Shown in pieces: positions 61,860-64,000 of a DNA stretch of 64,000 nucleotides. Origin of the DNA: Callorhinchus milii (Eukaryota). The notes under the pieces are model-generated. The model was not told the origin of the DNA, did not search any database, and was given only the letters and a program-made list of their open reading frames with translations. Positions within the stretch are counted from its first letter, which is position 1. The number at the start of each line of letters is the position of its first letter. The position numbers and the translations under genes are program-made. Location of the stretch: NCBI RefSeq assembly GCF_018977255.1, contig NW_024704742.1:113586001-113650000 (forward strand), in the 5' to 3' direction.

Positions 61860-63320
61860 AAAATTGCTGTCCCACTAAGGGAGTTGAGCGGAGGAGAGGC
61901 AGTGGAAGAGGATGGCACGATCGACTGGGTCGAACACACTGGAGAGGTCCAGGAGGACAAGGAGGCAGAGGGAGCCCTGGTCACAGAGAAACAAGACAGC
62001 AATTGTGAGTTTGACGAGAGCTGTCTCTATGCTGCAGGCAGGACAGAAACCGGACTGGAGGGGCTCGAGTAGGGAGTGGAAGGAGTGGTCATGGGCTTCA
62101 TATAGGTGATGATGGACATCCAGGCGGTATGATAGCTCCCTGGCATGCCAACCAACTGTTCCAGCACTGACACCTCACCCCATCCCTGGCGTGTGTATAT
62201 GTGTGTGTGTGTGCTTGTGTGCCAACCTTCGCAAAGCACTGTTACTATAGGTAAGTTGATTTTCATATAGGTATATATACATACATATATATTCTGTGTT
62301 TTTCTAATATTTTTGGAGAATAAGAAAATGGGGTTGAGAGGGGGAACGCCATTAAATTTAGCATAGTTCCTGTAGTGTACTGGTTAGAGCACTCGCCTTG
62401 CAAGCGAGAAGACCTAGGTTCGATTCCCGGGCGGGGCCAAACATTAGGCAAGTTTCCTTACTCCACACACACACTCTGTTTACCTAGCAGTAAGTCGGAA
62501 CCCGTTTTTTAGTTGATTGGCGGATCCCTTTCCAGGGGTAATAATCCCTTCATAGAAAATACTAATTTGGTGACTCAATCCACGACAGTTTGGGGACACT
62601 GCTGTGTGCAATTGGCTGCCGTGCTTCACTCACAAAACATATGCTCAATTTACTTTACACTATAATCTGTAAAGAGATTTGAGGTGTCTAGAAGATGTGA
62701 TGAGGCGCTATATCAAATGCAAGGAATATTATAACTATGATTGAGAGGGAGGAAGGAGTGAGTGATGTAGAGGCATGGGGGTTGCTCAGGGACCCGGGGG
62801 AGGAAGAGGAGGCAGCCAGGCTTTTTTCTATCTTTGAGATGAAGAAGGGAAGGATCTCTTCATACTTGGCATTAGATGTGAGGAATGAGGTGTTTGAGAA
62901 GGGGGCACAGAGGAGGTGATGAGTGGTTGAGAACAGCACTTTGGTGTTATTTTTATATAGCATTTCGTCTACAAAGTATACAGTCAATTCACTTTACAGT
63001 ATGTTCTGTGAAGCGCTTTGAAATGTCTGAAAGACATGATAAGTGCTATATCAAATGCAAGGATTATTATTAATATTATTATTATTATTTTTGGCCTCCA
63101 GACTGGCATTGAAATAGAAAACAGTTTTGGCCTGTGAGAGGCAGGGGCGGTAGGTGAAAAGATACTCGAGCCGCGTTTGCCGATGAACCATGAGACGTCT
63201 GGGTTTTAGATTTGAGGAGAAGAGGTGGCTGTTATACCAGGGGGATCAGATGGTTTGGAGACAGTCCTGGATTTCAGGGAGACAAAGAACTGAAAATTGA
63301 GGAGAGGCGCTCGTTGCAGC
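61860..63320 (-). mobile_element. Fragmented L2 ORF2 (pieces ~61860-62150, 62735-62945, 63085-63320)
   Basis: rc gives CAGTCCGGTTTCTGTCCTGCCTGCAGCATAGAGACAGCTCTCGTCAAA (QSGF.P..S.ETALVK) and FFISKIEK. The pieces are in ORF order and separated by SINEs. Confidence 0.7.
62365..62733 (+). mobile_element. tRNA-headed Deu SINE subfamily B, full length
   Basis: GTAGTGTACTGGTTAGAGCACTCGCCTTGCAAGCGAG..GGTTCGATTCCCGG, extra CTCTGTTTACCTAGCAGTAAGT segment, Deu core and tail. Confidence 0.92.
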
Positions 63321-64000
63321 AAAAGTGATCAACCATCTTCATTTGCCTTTTGCCTTAAGGAAAATAGATGAATCACTCTTGATTCCAACGGTTCTGAAAT
63401 GAAATGCAATTTAATCCAATTCCTTTCAAGCCAAATGATATCTCAGAACAGTGAGAATATCACAAAATGAATGATCCAGGAAATGGTTAATAAAAATGCC
63501 AGAAAATAATACACCAACCGGCCAAAAACTTAAAAATCATATTTTAAAAAAACGCTCCACATTCTTATAACGGTTGTCTGAGAAATTAATGATCTCTAGC
63601 CCAAGGGTTAAATTGATTCCAGCTTATTGAATTCTGAAAGCTGCTCCAGAACTTTCATTTCTGAACTGTATCATATGGATTCTCGCTCAGAGATTACTCC
63701 ATGAACAAACCTTGCAGATTGATTACTAATGTAACAGTGACGAGGGTGTGAATGTTTCTATGGTCATGGAGCCATCTAGGACATGCATAATAGAGCAGGT
63801 GTTGGTTTGTACGAGTAAAGCCTTGTTCTCACAATAAGATCGTACATTGACTGTTAACTGGAATGTAAAACAACATTGTAATACTGCAGTTTCAATGTGG
63901 TTAGATGGGCCTTGTACGAGCAGTAATCCAGGTCTGGTACTGACCTGCATTATGAATTCCAACAAAGTTATTGGGATCAGAACAGAGACACTTGGAATCG

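Overview
AT-rich vertebrate non-coding DNA (intronic or intergenic) with no recognisable intact protein-coding gene, RNA gene or CpG island. The repeat set points to a cartilaginous fish, probably a holocephalan (inference from recalled repeat families, not from a search). It comprises CR1 and L2 LINE fragments, two tRNA-headed Deu-domain SINE families and Penelope-type 3' modules. The recognisable ORFs are pieces of decayed LINE ORF2; the rest look like noise. Most interesting items: (1) a Penelope-type insertion with a 13-bp target-site duplication (TSD) carrying a near-intact minimal hammerhead ribozyme (22305-22341), with a decayed second copy at ~45.2 kb; (2) a dense nuclear-receptor site cluster with a perfect DR4 and an NBRE (40.45-40.59 kb); (3) compensatory changes in the 3' stem-loop shared by L2 and the SINEs; (4) a 5-copy repeat family I cannot name; (5) an odd minisatellite-bearing insert inside a SINE; (6) several inverted or nested retroposon arrangements; (7) a few weak orphan exon candidates. 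Boundaries of degenerate copies are approximate, and no database searches were run.
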